From: Pseudovirgaria hyperparasitica
Taxonomy: Eukaryota
Direction: 5' to 3' (one strand)
DNA: 64,000 nucleotides
Assembly: GCA_010093815.1 (NCBI GenBank)
Contig: ML996569.1
The notes under the pieces were generated by a model, which was not told where the DNA came from, made no database searches, and worked only from the letters and a program-made list of their open reading frames with translations. Shown here one piece after another: positions 44,691 to 57,900 of the stretch (the first letter of the stretch is position 1; every line of letters starts with the position of its first letter). A program made the position numbers and the translations under genes.

Positions 44691-46228
44691 AACGTTGGCA
44701 GTATATAGGCATAGCATTGCAGATTTTCACCTCACCAGAGTGTTTCCAGAGCTCTATACCTCTGCGTTCTAGCATATAGGTAGACTTTTAGATATCACTT
44801 TCCTCTATCCTTGTGCCTGCCGCACCCAATAGTAGATCGGGACCCCTTGGTTATGCTGTTATGCCACCGGGCGAGTATTGTCGCAACAGTCTGAACGTGG
44901 TAGATCAATTCATGAATGGGCGAGATTGAGGAGGGACACTTTGTCCCTCTGAACCGATATGTAGTACTGATTTTCGCTTTAGCCATCAAAACAACTATTT
45001 TCACTTAGTAGTTTCCGTTAATGCTCGCGTTGAAATCGTACCCAGTTCGATACAATGTAAAGGATGATTCGATAGGAAAGAATAACCTGGACCAACTAGA
45101 ATTCTTAACACAGTGTTATATGACAAAAGCAGTCGAGGTTCGCTCCGACGAAAATGACGGACGAAGTGACCTTGGAGAACGGAGCGTATGATCGCTAATA
45201 TTCAGGATATCATTCGCATCGAAGTTCGCTGTTGGATCTTTGACCTCTTGATTGGATGACTTCTTCTCTCTTCTGGTCCACTTGGTAAAATTGACTACTG
45301 CTCGAGTTTCTTAAGACAACTCGCAATTCACCGGTCATGGTCTCGCGGAATTAATAAAAATCGATATAATCATATGTGACTTCAATAGCCTTGTTCTGTA
45401 GATGATGGAAGTCATATGAACTTCGACCAAATTTGGTGGATCTTCTCTCTATAGCCTTCCATTAACCATAGGATAAGTACTGTTTTCTCGAAACGTGGTA
45501 TCTTTTATACGTCTACGAATATATATCTATCTGTTAAAAGATGAACCGTAGGCAGTTTATGGTTCCGCTCGTTATAGTATTCGGTCCTTGCAGCTTCAAA
45601 AAGTAACACAACGGTGTGCAAACCCAATTGGACAATAAATTACACAAACAAAGACAAAATCACAGAAGCGATCATGGATACAGTCACCTGGAGTCAAACT
45701 TAGGGCACTTTGCGTTGGAGATGCGTTGGTGACTACTTCGCCCTGCACTGCTAATTGTAACTGATATTTGGAGTGTTTGGGTTACTTATGGAGGGTCTGG
45801 CTTGAGATGTGAAACTTAGACAGAAGCAGTCGATATTCGCTGTACGTGTAGGCATAAGACTATCTCCTATCAAGATAAAGCGATTAGAAGTACACATGTA
45901 CCGACCACTAGGCTCGAAGTAAAGTCTTCATTACTATGAAGCACAGCTTTTAGGTCTAATTATTTGTCCGTCATGCGTGAAAAGGGGTCGTTTGATCAAG
46001 CACAACTCATTACGTACTGCATGTCATCGCTTGCTAAGCTGAACAATCAGTCTAGTTACACATATATATCTCCTATACATCGGTCAACGACTCAACGTTG
46101 CAACATCTGAACCTTTCTACACGGTCACCAGCTCAACGAGCTCCCACAGTCGCATCCAAAGTTTCCGCCACCCTCTCCTCTATCTTTACAAAGCATCTCT
46201 TCTCTACCGATCGTTGACTTGAGTGAGC

Positions 46229-47014
46229 ATGCCTCGCCAAAGTCTTCACAAAAGCGGTATGACAAAGGACAGCACACGCAAGCGCAAGCTGTCCGACACA
46301 GCTCTTTCTACAACTCCTGATATCACCTCTGACAAGCATGGAGCTTCCCAGCTCTCTGTTACCAAACCTAAAGCGCGTGCGGCTGCTCATACCTTCGAAT
46401 ATGATCCATCGTCTGCGTCAAAGTTAGCAGCTAGGCCAACGTTGCGAAAGAGACCACGTCATGGTACAGGCCAAAGAATCTCTGAGCAAAAGGCAAATGA
46501 ACCATCCCTACCGCTTCGCATGAAGGGCAGGAGGTTATTTTCCCATGTGGAGATACCAGCCCATTTGCCGGGTCCAGCATCAGGGTCCATAATCTTTCCC
46601 AAAAGACCACGACCACTCGTCAAGTCAATAAGAGAGTCCTCACCATTTCATTCGAACCGTAAAGAGGTGTCTTCTCTCTCACCATTACATGTATCAAGAA
46701 CATCATCCTTCGATGGCAAATCCGCTAGCGCCTCTGAAAGTTCAGAGTCGAGTCCAGGGCGTCTGAATACCCTGATAAGTCAAGATAAACCCGATACAAC
46801 AGCATTGCTCACTTCGCTAATCTCTTCCGGCCCTGCTCAATTGCACGACCACATCATGGAACAGTTCAACAGATACTCAGACGAAGTGCTAAGCAAGTAC
46901 AACACTCCAATGTTACACATAGTGGAGGAATTGATGAAGGTCAAAGTGGCACAACTGATGGTCAAACTTGAGATGGAGAGGCGCAAGCAGGAAGCGGGTC
47001 TAGAGGACGAGTAG
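46229..47014 (+). CDS. Hypothetical basic/Ser-rich orphan protein
   Basis: ~261-aa ORF from ATG 46229, with KRK NLS-like patches and a predicted C-terminal helix. TA-rich promoter-like sequence near 46060. Confidence 0.5.
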   Translation: MPRQSLHKSGMTKDSTRKRKLSDTALSTTPDITSDKHGASQLSVTKPKARAAAHTFEYDPSSASKLAARPTLRKRPRHGTGQRISEQKANEPSLPLRMKGRRLFSHVEIPAHLPGPASGSIIFPKRPRPLVKSIRESSPFHSNRKEVSSLSPLHVSRTSSFDGKSASASESSESSPGRLNTLISQDKPDTTALLTSLISSGPAQLHDHIMEQFNRYSDEVLSKYNTPMLHIVEELMKVKVAQLMVKLEMERRKQEAGLEDE

Positions 47015-47580
47015 AAAGTTGTTGGGGAGGATTCAAGTTCACCGTCATTAAGTGATCTCTGTAGTCGATTATAGCTTATCTAGGCACGTTGGTTCAATCA
47101 ATATTGAGACTTTCATTGATATTGATATTTTGAAGATCTCGCGAAATAGTAATAATGATCCTGGTAACAAGTGCTTCAGTTGAAAGTAAGTGAACAAGAA
47201 TCCTAAGCAAGGTATAAACAGAACGCGGGTATCTGTGAACAAATTATTAGTCTGGCCAGTGAATAGTGATTTCACCGTCCTGACTCACCTACACACACCT
47301 GATACCTCTCAGGAGCTAAACCACTCTAAGTTCAACTTTGATTGCGTATAGAAACCTTTCATATAAGCTGGCCTACTCTCAGTTCCACCCATTTGCAATA
47401 AACAACACCTTCTATCTACTACCTTCTGATTGCTTCCCCATTGCTACCACCTACTAGGGTGATGAACCAAGACATTAAGCAGCCTGTTACCCACGATCAG
47501 AAGCCTCTCCAAGTCCTCTAAATCTCTATACGACCTTACCAGCAAGCTTTTTTACTTCCCACAACACGACTACTTCTACC

Positions 47581-47991
47581 ATGCTCCCAAGACTTCGACT
47601 ACCTCACACGATGAAACCTTCTGATTCTAGATTTTCCTACACCCCAGGCTTCTCATCCCACCTCGCGGCTTTCTATGAGCAGAACTCCAATACCAACTCG
47701 AGACCCCCTTCGATTAAGGCTTCCTCGTCCATGAATCACATGTCTAGCAGTGCGAGAGCTCCCACTCCTTCGACCCTGTCAAATATGAACGCCCCAAGCC
47801 TCTGCACCTGCGGAAATCATCCCAACCATTCACAAGATTGCGCTTTGAAGGTACTCGGGGCATACAAGCTGGACACGCTCAAAATGCTCTATGAGCTTAC
47901 CAAGTTCGATGGAGACCAGGGGCTTTGGGGGTCGTCAGAGTTCAATAACCGTCTGATCGGGCTGGAGATCCTTCGCCGCTACATGCTTTGA
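47581..47991 (+). CDS. Hypothetical small orphan protein
   Basis: 136-aa ATG ORF preceded by TATAA (~47362) and a CT-rich leader; contains a CTCGNH...C motif. Confidence 0.45.
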   Translation: MLPRLRLPHTMKPSDSRFSYTPGFSSHLAAFYEQNSNTNSRPPSIKASSSMNHMSSSARAPTPSTLSNMNAPSLCTCGNHPNHSQDCALKVLGAYKLDTLKMLYELTKFDGDQGLWGSSEFNNRLIGLEILRRYML

Positions 47992-49625
47992 GGCTAAGCA
48001 CTTGGGTAACATGTATGTGAGGCGGCTGAAAGGTCTGTGGAGAGACGATCACCATACTATGGGATAGATCATAGAAATACCGAGGCATTAGCTACATTGG
48101 ACATTGGGAAATTCTCGCAGTGAGATAAGAACAAAAGATCATGACTTTAATGAAAGGGTGCGATGTGGCACATTCATCTTCCTGAATTCATGCAAGTGTC
48201 TAATGTCAAGCATACCTGTAGCGTGATTATAATAACACAGCGCGCCCCTGAATTTTTCTGAAGTGTAAAATCACAAATCATTGAATCTCTGTCTGCAGAA
48301 GGTGTAGATTGCATGTATAAGAGCCATAGATAAGACTTCATCAGTGTATACATAGGTAAATTCTTATGTGTGTTGAATTTCTAGACTACTTACCCTAGGA
48401 TTCACATTCTGGAAGCTATCATTACTTTGCTCACTGACTTTGAATTTCCAGCTCTGAATCTCTTCGCTTCGCTAGATAACTCAATGATCTCAATACTTGC
48501 CATAGCTTCTAGTGGTCTACGACTAATCATCTCTGATAGACTATAACCCGGTTCTAAGTTATCATCCAATGCATGGAGCGGGGAAAGTAGAATTTCGGAC
48601 GACCTCCAGCATAAATTACTTGGGAAATTTGAGATTACAACTATGACGACTGGGTTGCTCCTTTGGCCTAGCATATATATGCGTGGCGAAATTCCACAGG
48701 CACGTCGATTAAGACTTCTCAGAGCGTAATTTTTTGATTATCAATACCTCGATGTCGATTCCTCTCTACATTAGACTTAGGAACACTAATAAGACATCGG
48801 CAATCCCATAACCTCTTTGTCATCATGAACCATGAGATTTCTACTCGAGAGCTAGTGCCACATGGTATACAACAAATTAGCCGCTGACTTCACAAACAGT
48901 GAAGTTCTGTTCTTGAACCATGTACAAAATCTTGGCAGCTATCGATCATCCTGACTGACACTGGGTAAAATATGATGAGGGCGTTTGTATCTGTATATAC
49001 CTTGTCAATGAAAAATCGGCTTTTGACTGACGGCCCCTTGCTAAGGATCCCGACATGTATTCACCTTACCAGTGGGTGCCAGTTCGACACCAACGCCGCA
49101 GGAGCTGTGTACCAGATTGAAAAAGACGAGGACCAGGACAATGGCATGGGGCGATCAAGTGAAGATCTGAGATGAACGGACTCACTCGCGTTTAGTCTGT
49201 ATCCCTGCACCGTGGCTGTCCAATTAACGGGACTTGACTGGTAAGATGCAAGCTTGGATCTCGTAAATTCTACCTGGCACACTGCTTGTGTTTGCGGGAG
49301 AGGACGAATTAGGAGCGTGACAACTTACCTTACACTGCACACGGCCGCCAGGTTCCTGTTCCATTGAAGTGAAGTCTTTGGCATGTTCGGCGACCCAGCA
49401 CTCAGTCCTCACTTAATTGCCTAGGCGAAGCTCATAGAATGCTAAAGATCTACTTCGCCATCTCCGTCTAAGTCTCAACTCTTCCCACTGTCCGTCAAGC
49501 TCCTCCATTCTTCTTCCGTACCGTGACCTTCTATGCTCGTAGGTCATCTATACCTTTACTACGCAAGTCTGTCCTATACAATACATAGAGCTTTTCACCT
49601 CCGGCCCTAAAACTGTCAAGTCACG

Positions 49626-50299
49626 ATGCCGAATCTCGCTAGGTAAATATGACTAAACTGCAAAGGGCAATGAAGCTAATTGCGATATGCAGACATTGGG
49701 CAGAAAGTCCACTAGTTGAATTGCGAACTGCTTTTGGTTGGGTGTACCATATACATGAGGATCTCCTCGCAGGAGTGGGGCCCACATTCCAGGCTTTGCT
49801 TGAATCACAAGACGCCATGCCCATTAAGCAGATAAACATCGGGTTTCACGGAGGACGAGCGGTTGAGCACCTCATCAGCTATGCCGTCAAGCGCCATTCA
49901 TATCAACAGCAAGGCATTGACGTAGCCGATTGGTATTTCGATTGGTGTCACACAATCAGAAATGGCGCGGCAGGTATGGATGTGAGAGCATTTGCTGAAG
50001 AGACGCTGGAACTCTGGTCATTCTCGCAAGAGTGGCGCCTTGAGATCATCCAAGGCCACATGCTCAAAGCATTCAGAGCACTCAAACAGACACATCTCGG
50101 CCGCGGAAATGATGTGAGCCCGCCGATGCTCACATTAGAAATCGTATTACGAATGAACTCTAGCTACACCAAGCTATACGAATTCTTCCGCGATTGGTTA
50201 GCGACTGGAGACTTTAAGAATTTCATGGGACACCACGACATCTGTGAAATTGACCGCGAGATGCTGTGGAGTGCCCTCCACATTGCGGCGAACAAATAA
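49626..50299 (+). CDS. Hypothetical protein, degenerate BTB/POZ-like
   Basis: Exon 1 MPNLAR (49626-49642), intron 49643-49692 (GTAAAT...CTAAT...CAG), then SPLVELRT...YHIHEDLL...FQALL...VEHLISYA...LELWSFSQEWRL, a BTB-like spacing. Confidence 0.6.
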
Positions 50300-50667
50300 C
50301 CTATGCTCAGGACAGAGTATTTCATGGCAGGCCACCCGAAGCAGAGGAGCTCTCCCACTAGACCTCCTGAAAGTCGTCATCAAAGATACTACAACAATGA
50401 CGTAAGATTCCTTCGCCGACAAAGCCTATACTCACATTCGGTAACCTTTATATTGTATTTTGTATATTGCATTCCCCAACCACTCAAGCGACGTCGATTC
50501 CATCACATCATACCCTTAAATCACAGTAAATCTAGCCCAAGGTACATCACTCACAGCACACACCCACCCCCGCCAACTAATACCTTCCGCACCGCTCCCC
50601 AATCACATCATTGCGTTGCCTTGAATCTGTATATCTAGATAATTTCTTTCTGGTCGTTTATCAGGGC

Positions 50668-50760
50668 TTCATTGCTTGGTTTATCATGACTTTGTTTATC
50701 ATTACTTGGTTTATCATTACTTGGTTTATCACTTCTTGCTCCATCACTGCTTGGTTTCAC
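50668..50760. repeat. 15-bp imperfect tandem repeat (TTATCATTACTTGGT-type)
   Basis: About 6 copies; on the minus strand they would encode (DKPSN)n in ORF 50635-50820. Confidence 0.8.
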
Positions 50761-51897
50761 ATGGTTTCTTACTTTCTCTTGGGACACAATAGGCGTTGGG
50801 ATATTGGACTGGCTTGTCATGGCCTGGTCCGAAATCTTGCACTAGATTGTCATAGCATAGCCTAAATCCAATAGTCCCTTTTTCTATCCAATGCTATATA
50901 CAACATTCAAATCTGTTTTCTCTGCACTGCGATACTTGCCCTACCTTCAATTCTGCCTTCGATCCTGCCTTCCGTCCTTCTATCCGTCCTTCTATCCGTC
51001 CTTTTATCTCTCCTACCTTCCGTACACACTTCCCTCCTTGCAAGAATATCTAGCTCAGCTCAACGACCTCTAGGAACACGTTGCTTGGTGGTATCTCTAC
51101 TTTCTTGACTGTGATTCCTTTCTGAGTGTCATCACTTTCTAAATGGAACGGGTGTACCGAGCGCCCTCACTTTGCAACTATAACGAGTGCTTCTGGTTAC
51201 TAATTGTTCTTATTCCCTGGCTGTACTATACTCCACCATACCTTCCATCCAGATCAGACTATACTGACCCCGTCCAGCCATATATGTACATGTCATTTGA
51301 AGAGTCATCGAAGGGATGACTGGAGCGCTTCTTCATTTTCTCCCTACCATCTTCTTCCTATACCCCATCCACATCCATAATAGCGCGCCTGCATACCATG
51401 ACCCCCTTGATACAGCGCCAATTCATGAGTGTAAGTCGCAGATGCGACTAGAGAGATAGGTACAGGTAGGTGGGCAGACACCGACAGAAATGCAGACAGA
51501 CAGGGGTAGTCACGACCAGAGCCGCAGACGATAGACGACAGACGCGCCTGACAGACGGATACAGAGAAACATACAACATCGCAGTCAACTACAAACAAGA
51601 GATGCCAGACCCCAGATCCAAACAGACACACAAACACATAAACATAAACATAAAATTAAGATATTCGTTATACACACACATATGTAGATCGAGACGCTCA
51701 GTCACGACTAGAGTCTCAGTCACGACCATAAACCTACACACCGCCACGCAATACTCACTCACGATCACTACACCCAAGCATCCCACTACATCCACAACCC
51801 CACTCCACCCAAACCAACAAAATCCCAGAAAATATGGTCCTTCTCACCAGCCCTCTTCAGAGCAGCCATCCAAAACAGCGCGACTCCAAGCTATCGC

Positions 51898-51940
51898 CAG
51901 AGCAGAGCAGAGCAGAGCAGAGCAGAGCAGAACAGCAGAG
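51898..51940. repeat. (CAGAG)n pentanucleotide microsatellite
   Basis: Directly visible, about 7 copies. Confidence 0.9.
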
Positions 51941-54900
51941 GCAAAAGTGTGAGATATACCAGCAGGAAGAGGCGTGTTTTGAATTTGAAGCAGGGGAGAT
52001 ATGTATGTGTGATATGATTTGATAGATAGATGGATGAGTGGATGGATAGGTCAACGCATAGATACATAGATAGAAAAACGAGTGTATGTGTACGTGAGCG
52101 TGTGTGTATCCTGAGGCCGGTGCTATGGTTGACGGAGCTATAGAGCGGCGGTCATGAGGGCGGATGCGTACAGGGGAGATGGCAATCTCAGTGCGGAGAA
52201 GAAGGTGGCAAGAGGAGAAGATCACTGAGATGAGAGGGTGGCAGAGAGAATATCCCTGAGAGGCGATCTATCGCAGAGAAGGACGAGACAGCCTGGGGGT
52301 GGTGCCGGAGGAGGGGAGCGGGGAGGGGGGGGGAAGGGGGGGCTAATACGAGAGACTCCGGAGCACAACTGCAGATTAGATGAGGACAAAGATGAGAGGC
52401 CATCTGGATCTGGGAGAAGTCAGATGAGGCAAACACCGAAATCCTGATGCATCCTCTCGGCGCAAAGAAAGCAGAATAACGACAAAGGGGCACTTAGGTC
52501 TTCCGAAGCCGCAAAGGCGCCGCCGGATTTGTTCCGTGAAACAGAACTTGCTCACGGGGTGACAAGGATGGTTCGGCATGTGAGTCGAAAAATAAGGCAA
52601 GTGTTTTCGCGGGCTCGTTTGCTTTTGTGCATGCATGCATCGGCTCTCCTGGAGCATACGAAGATAGAGCGGAATGGAAGGGGGTGGGTGAATGCGAACT
52701 GGTCGATGTTGTAGAGTGTCCGAAATCAGAATGATCCTAGAGTGAGAGAGAGAAAGGGAGCGAGAGAGATGCGTACATGTTCCGCATTCTTCGTTTTAGG
52801 AAAAGTCATGATGCGGACAGTAGAGAAAGAGAGATATGTCGACTCGGAACAAATGCGAGCTTCAGTCCCCTGGCCCCTAGCCATGATGCCTAGTGGACCT
52901 CCTACCTCTCCAATACTTGTTTCCTACCTTACAAACCCATCGCTCATCCGTATACATCTCGAGGCGTCTACGGTCCATAGTATTGGAGGCCTTGGCTAGC
53001 TACAGGAGGAGGTAATTTCTCTCCTATTTGCAAGACGCCACACCGCCATATTTCCATCCGACCAAAAGTCGTAATGAGGTCTCAAGCCGACATACGCAAA
53101 TTTCTCTGCTTTTGCAGCCACGTGAAACGTGAAATCCCAATCTGTTGCAGAGCGATACCCGTATCCGACGTTCATCACGCCACATCGCACCATCAGCTCC
53201 ATAACCACCGAAATAGTTTGGTATATTCCCTTTATTAACAATAAACTGACCTCTACTAACGTCCATGCGTCTCGTAATCTCCACCGGCAGTAGTAACGAA
53301 CACACACCTACCTCTTCGGAGTCTAAAGTCGGCGAAACTGCGCCAGGTCACTCGCTCTTAACGCCTCCACCGAGACCACCATATGCCGGAGCCCCCACTT
53401 GTAACTCTCGACCGTTTTTGTACTCTTGTACTCCTGTATTCTTGTACTCAACATCTTAAGCACACGTTCCCGTCCGAGCGCATGAACGTATTCCAGACGT
53501 CTTGCACCGCACAAAATTCGGACTCGCGCCGTTCTCAGGCGCAAGATTTGCTTGCTTGCCGTTGAGAATACAAAATCGATGACGCGTGTGAGTAAGCATG
53601 GCGAGAATGATGCGGCAGTACGGCTCGGTACAGAGAAGCAGGAAATGGGCAAAGTCTGCCTTGGGCCAGGACCTTACTGGTAGAAACTGGTTTGCAGCTT
53701 GCAGGAACCTGGAGTAAGTCTAGTATGGGTGGCGAGCAGGACGTCGTGCATTGCGAGACCGCGATGGTTAGTTAGATGACACGCATGAGCTGGTCTCGCC
53801 GGGACAGCACGCGAGTGTTGCCAGGGGCGCATACTACAGGCAAGCACAAACAACGGCCAGTAGTGCGGGGCGCAGGTCGGTGGCTGCAAAATATGTCTGG
53901 GCAACGAGTGTTCGACTATATTGAGCACGGCGCAGCTAGATATGGACCAGGGCGACGTTTGTGTGCGATAAGCGTGCAGAAAGTCGGTGCAATGCGGTGC
54001 GCGGCGACCCTGTGATGCATTAGGCCATCTAGTGACATATTACCTGGTTTCCTGCTCATAGAAGCTATATCAGAGCCAGTCCCTCCCCTTGGTCTCGCCT
54101 TATTCTCCCCCGCCCCCTCATGGTTATGTGTGCGACAGTCGTCTGGGGATTGTATGCGTAGCGAACCTATCAGCTCGCTAGGATGGCGTAACACGTCTGA
54201 AGTTTCTGCTCATAGTCAGACCACAATGCCAAAGGTTCAATGAGTTATGGCGACTGAGGCCCACACGTACTCCACTTGCGTTCACACGCACGCGACGTGT
54301 ACAACTTGTGTGTACGTGAGCAATGGTACCCAACAGAGCATGAAATGCCGACAACGGTTGAGGCGACGTTACGCAGTCTGACAAAGTAATGTACAGAATT
54401 GCCGTTGTATTCTCGGACTGACAATTCCCGCTAGGATCACGGGCCGGAGCAGTCATACATATCACGCATCCATGTTGGAACAAGGACGTGTGAGGCCGTA
54501 TGACGGAAGCACTACATGGAGTGAAACTTGCATTGCGATGCTGGAGCGGACATGCACTCCGCACGAACAGGTCTAACCGGTTGTCGTGTGCGCAACATGG
54601 CTTGGACGCGGTGTTACCGTGGCGTAGCCGAGTTAGATATCAGTCAGCGTCGAGATGAGGCGGTTAGCGAAGTGGCGAGAGGGAGAGAATAAGATATTGA
54701 TGGTTGATGAAGTGAGGGATTGTCAACATGAGCAGACATACTAGAGAACTATTGAACCTCATCTTGTCTGTGAAAAAATTAGCTTCACGAGATTGAACTC
54801 TCTATGCTAGGGGTAAATTGAGTCATGAATCGATGTCACGGCCCGGGAATGTCATGCCGCTATTGTAAACAAATGGTCGCTTCGAGGCCAGTGTGCACCT

Positions 54901-57900
54901 TCAGAATTTGATGATGCTATCGCGTGCATTCTTGATGTCACTGTGCATTGTCAGCTCATGTCATACTCGAGTTACTCATACTGTGAAATCTGAGCCGTAC
55001 GTCTGAGACATAGAACGCTGGTAGGGTCGGAACAAGCTGCCTAATACGGTCATTTGCAACTAAATAGCTGCGTCCGCATCCGCATCCGCTAGAATCCCCA
55101 TCAGCACGTGGCAAACGCAGTCAGCACACGTGCAATTTCTTACTATCGGATGGTCAGGCCAGCATCAGCATGTCCTATGTGCCACCGCTATAACGACCAT
55201 TGTTGGGACCAAGGGGGAGCAACCCACTTATTTGGAATTTGCAATGCCGTCTAGTTATTCCAGTGATTGTGATGGGCCTAAAGGTTACAGTATTGGCGCC
55301 AATAAGAGCTGCGGGATTTGATCTCAAGGGAATGCATGGGCACATATCTTCCCTGTGCTGCCACGGGCGGGACCATCCGTTCTCCGGATACCTTGTCTTT
55401 TAGTTTCTCACGTGGCAATAAGGAGTAGAAGCTAGATATACAGTGACCATAATAATACTACTACCCTGACAAAGACAATGCCAATGACAATGCCAATGAG
55501 GCCTCCAAATCTGTAAAAGTGAAGACGGTGAGAAAACATCTGCGGAAACGCAGCGACTTCGTACGTGCGTAAGGGCGTAAAGACAGTACCACTACTGTTG
55601 CAGTTTGTAGGCGTTACTACACAATGAAGCCGCGTCCACGTACGGTATTCTAGCAGAATTGAGCTGAAATGCCGGTGATACTTAGCACGCCTTCTTCTTA
55701 CAGTAGATCCTGAATCGCAGCCAAGAAGCTAGTAATTGACTCGAGGTCGTTATTGTCATTGTTGCTGTTCATAGAGCACAGGGACGCTGGTGGCTCCCAT
55801 CGGCGTGGATATCTGGCCGGAAGGAGGCTGCTCGGTCATAACACACGGACCTCTACGCCACGCGACAGAGGACGAGAACGGAAACGCTGAGCGACGCATC
55901 GATCTTCCATATTCGACTCGTATTCAGGATCAAATGAAGTAACGATATTATCGTATTAACCATGTGCTTCTGGGAGATGGCGCATCTGAGTAGAGGCAAT
56001 ACCATTATGTGTTTGCGGCTTGATCGATCTGGAACATGTCAATCTATGGCTTCTGGAACGGTGGAGGGTCTTGGTCATCTAGACGAATACAGCTGGAAGG
56101 ATTCGCGCTTGGGTTTGAGCTTGAGCCGCAACGCAGGTCCAATGTAGTCTTGTTTCGGGAAAGGCTCAAAATGTGACCACGCGACAGAGTCCTCAGTCAG
56201 GCTTCGGCAACAGATCGCTCGCCATTCATCAGAATGCCCGTCGGAACAAACATTTAGCGCAAACATGCGGTATGGAGAGCGGTTGGTACCGCTGAAAGAG
56301 GTCCCAGGGGCGCCATTTCAGAAATTGCCAAGCCAATTTTAGAGTGCCAAGCACCAACAGATGCAGAGAATTCAAGCCTTGCACAGAAGCAGGAACAAGC
56401 GTGTTGGACGCTTTGATAGAAGAGACCCACTTTGCCAATGTACTTCTTTGGATGTTGCCGTCATGTTGTTGAAAGCTTAAGTTGAGATTTGAGTCAGAGC
56501 ATATGGATAGGGAGCGGTGTCGTGCATTGTCCCATCAACTGTCTGGGCGCGACCCGAGGCGAGCGAAACCGACGTGAAGGCTGCACGCCGTTGATGATGG
56601 AGATAGAGATGCAGATGGAGATGGCGATACAGAGGCTGAGATTGAGTCGCGGGTACTGATGATAAGTTCACCATCATAAATTAGAAGGGTTTTGCGACAC
56701 TCCAATTCCCTCCCTGGCTCACGTAGCACCATGGCAACACGTGGAAATTGGACGCTTGGGCATGACCAACACGGGCCTGGAGCGCGATGCCACGTGTGGG
56801 CGGCTCGACGAGTCCTATGTACGAGTAAGGCGCATGGGAGACCCTAGTTTGCACATCCATTACGGACAGCATTGTGTGATTCTGGTGACCGGACTTCAAC
56901 GGACGCATAGGCATCTGCTCCTGCAGTCTGCGGTGAAACAATCATGGATATTTGTTGCCGTCTGATGGTCGTCGGGCCGTCTTCGTGCAGCCAAGACTGC
57001 AGTGCATTCAAACAAGAGGAGCAACCTGGTAGCGATGAGCGATGATGGGTGCTGGTGGATGAGCGATGAGGAATGGGTGCGAATGATTCTGGGTGGTCAA
57101 GTGGAGTGAGGGATCCATTCCGATCATCATACCCTTCCGTTTCGACGTACAGCTCGGTCAGGGGCAGCCGTTTGAAAGGCATGTCTTCGTAGAAAAAACA
57201 ATGTTGTACATAACTATATCCTGTAGGCGAGCGATGGGCGGAGGGCGAAAAGCAAAGAGCGAAGAGCAAAGAGCAATGGGTAGCGGCAGCCGAATCGAGT
57301 CGCGATCCGCAGCCCACTAACCAGCGGGTGGCCGTAGGCCACGTGTGAATCCCTTACATCCATCGCCACACGACGCTGGCGCCCCATTGCTCACAGCGTC
57401 ACAATTCAGACTAATACTCCAGGACTGGTCCCCGTCCTCGTTTGTCCTGGTCAAAGCCCATGTTCAACGTTTGGTTGGGATTTCAATTGTTTCTTTTTGC
57501 TGCTAGCTTGCCATGACCGAAATATAAAGCTGGACCAGTATATGAACTGGCCTTGGCTTTCTATCTGGCAGAGCATGGCGCCACGGTCGTACCTTGCCAA
57601 GTTGGGTATTCTTCGGCTTACGTCAACTCCATGTGTGTGTGGGCTGATAATTGTCGCAGCAGATCGCTACCGGTGCATGGTAGGTCTTACGAGGAGGGGG
57701 GGAGGGGGAGGACGAGACCATTGCGAACGGTCCATGGCTGTGGGCCAAGTTGCACTAAGACGATCCACTGCATAGCAGCGACAGTAGTGACCAACGCATC
57801 AACGGCATGCGGTGTGATGGATGCCTCCTTGTCCCGTCATCGTTTCATTGGACCAGCTTGTACTGTAGCGAGCACATTCGGTACCGACACTGGTCCATCT

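Noticed and set aside
48386..48400. U1-like 5' end (TACTTACC)
   Set aside because: No downstream U1 stem-loops or properly placed Sm site.
48972..49030. Box C/D snoRNA-like ATGATGA...CTGA
   Set aside because: Short, with no convincing terminal stem and no recognisable rRNA guide.
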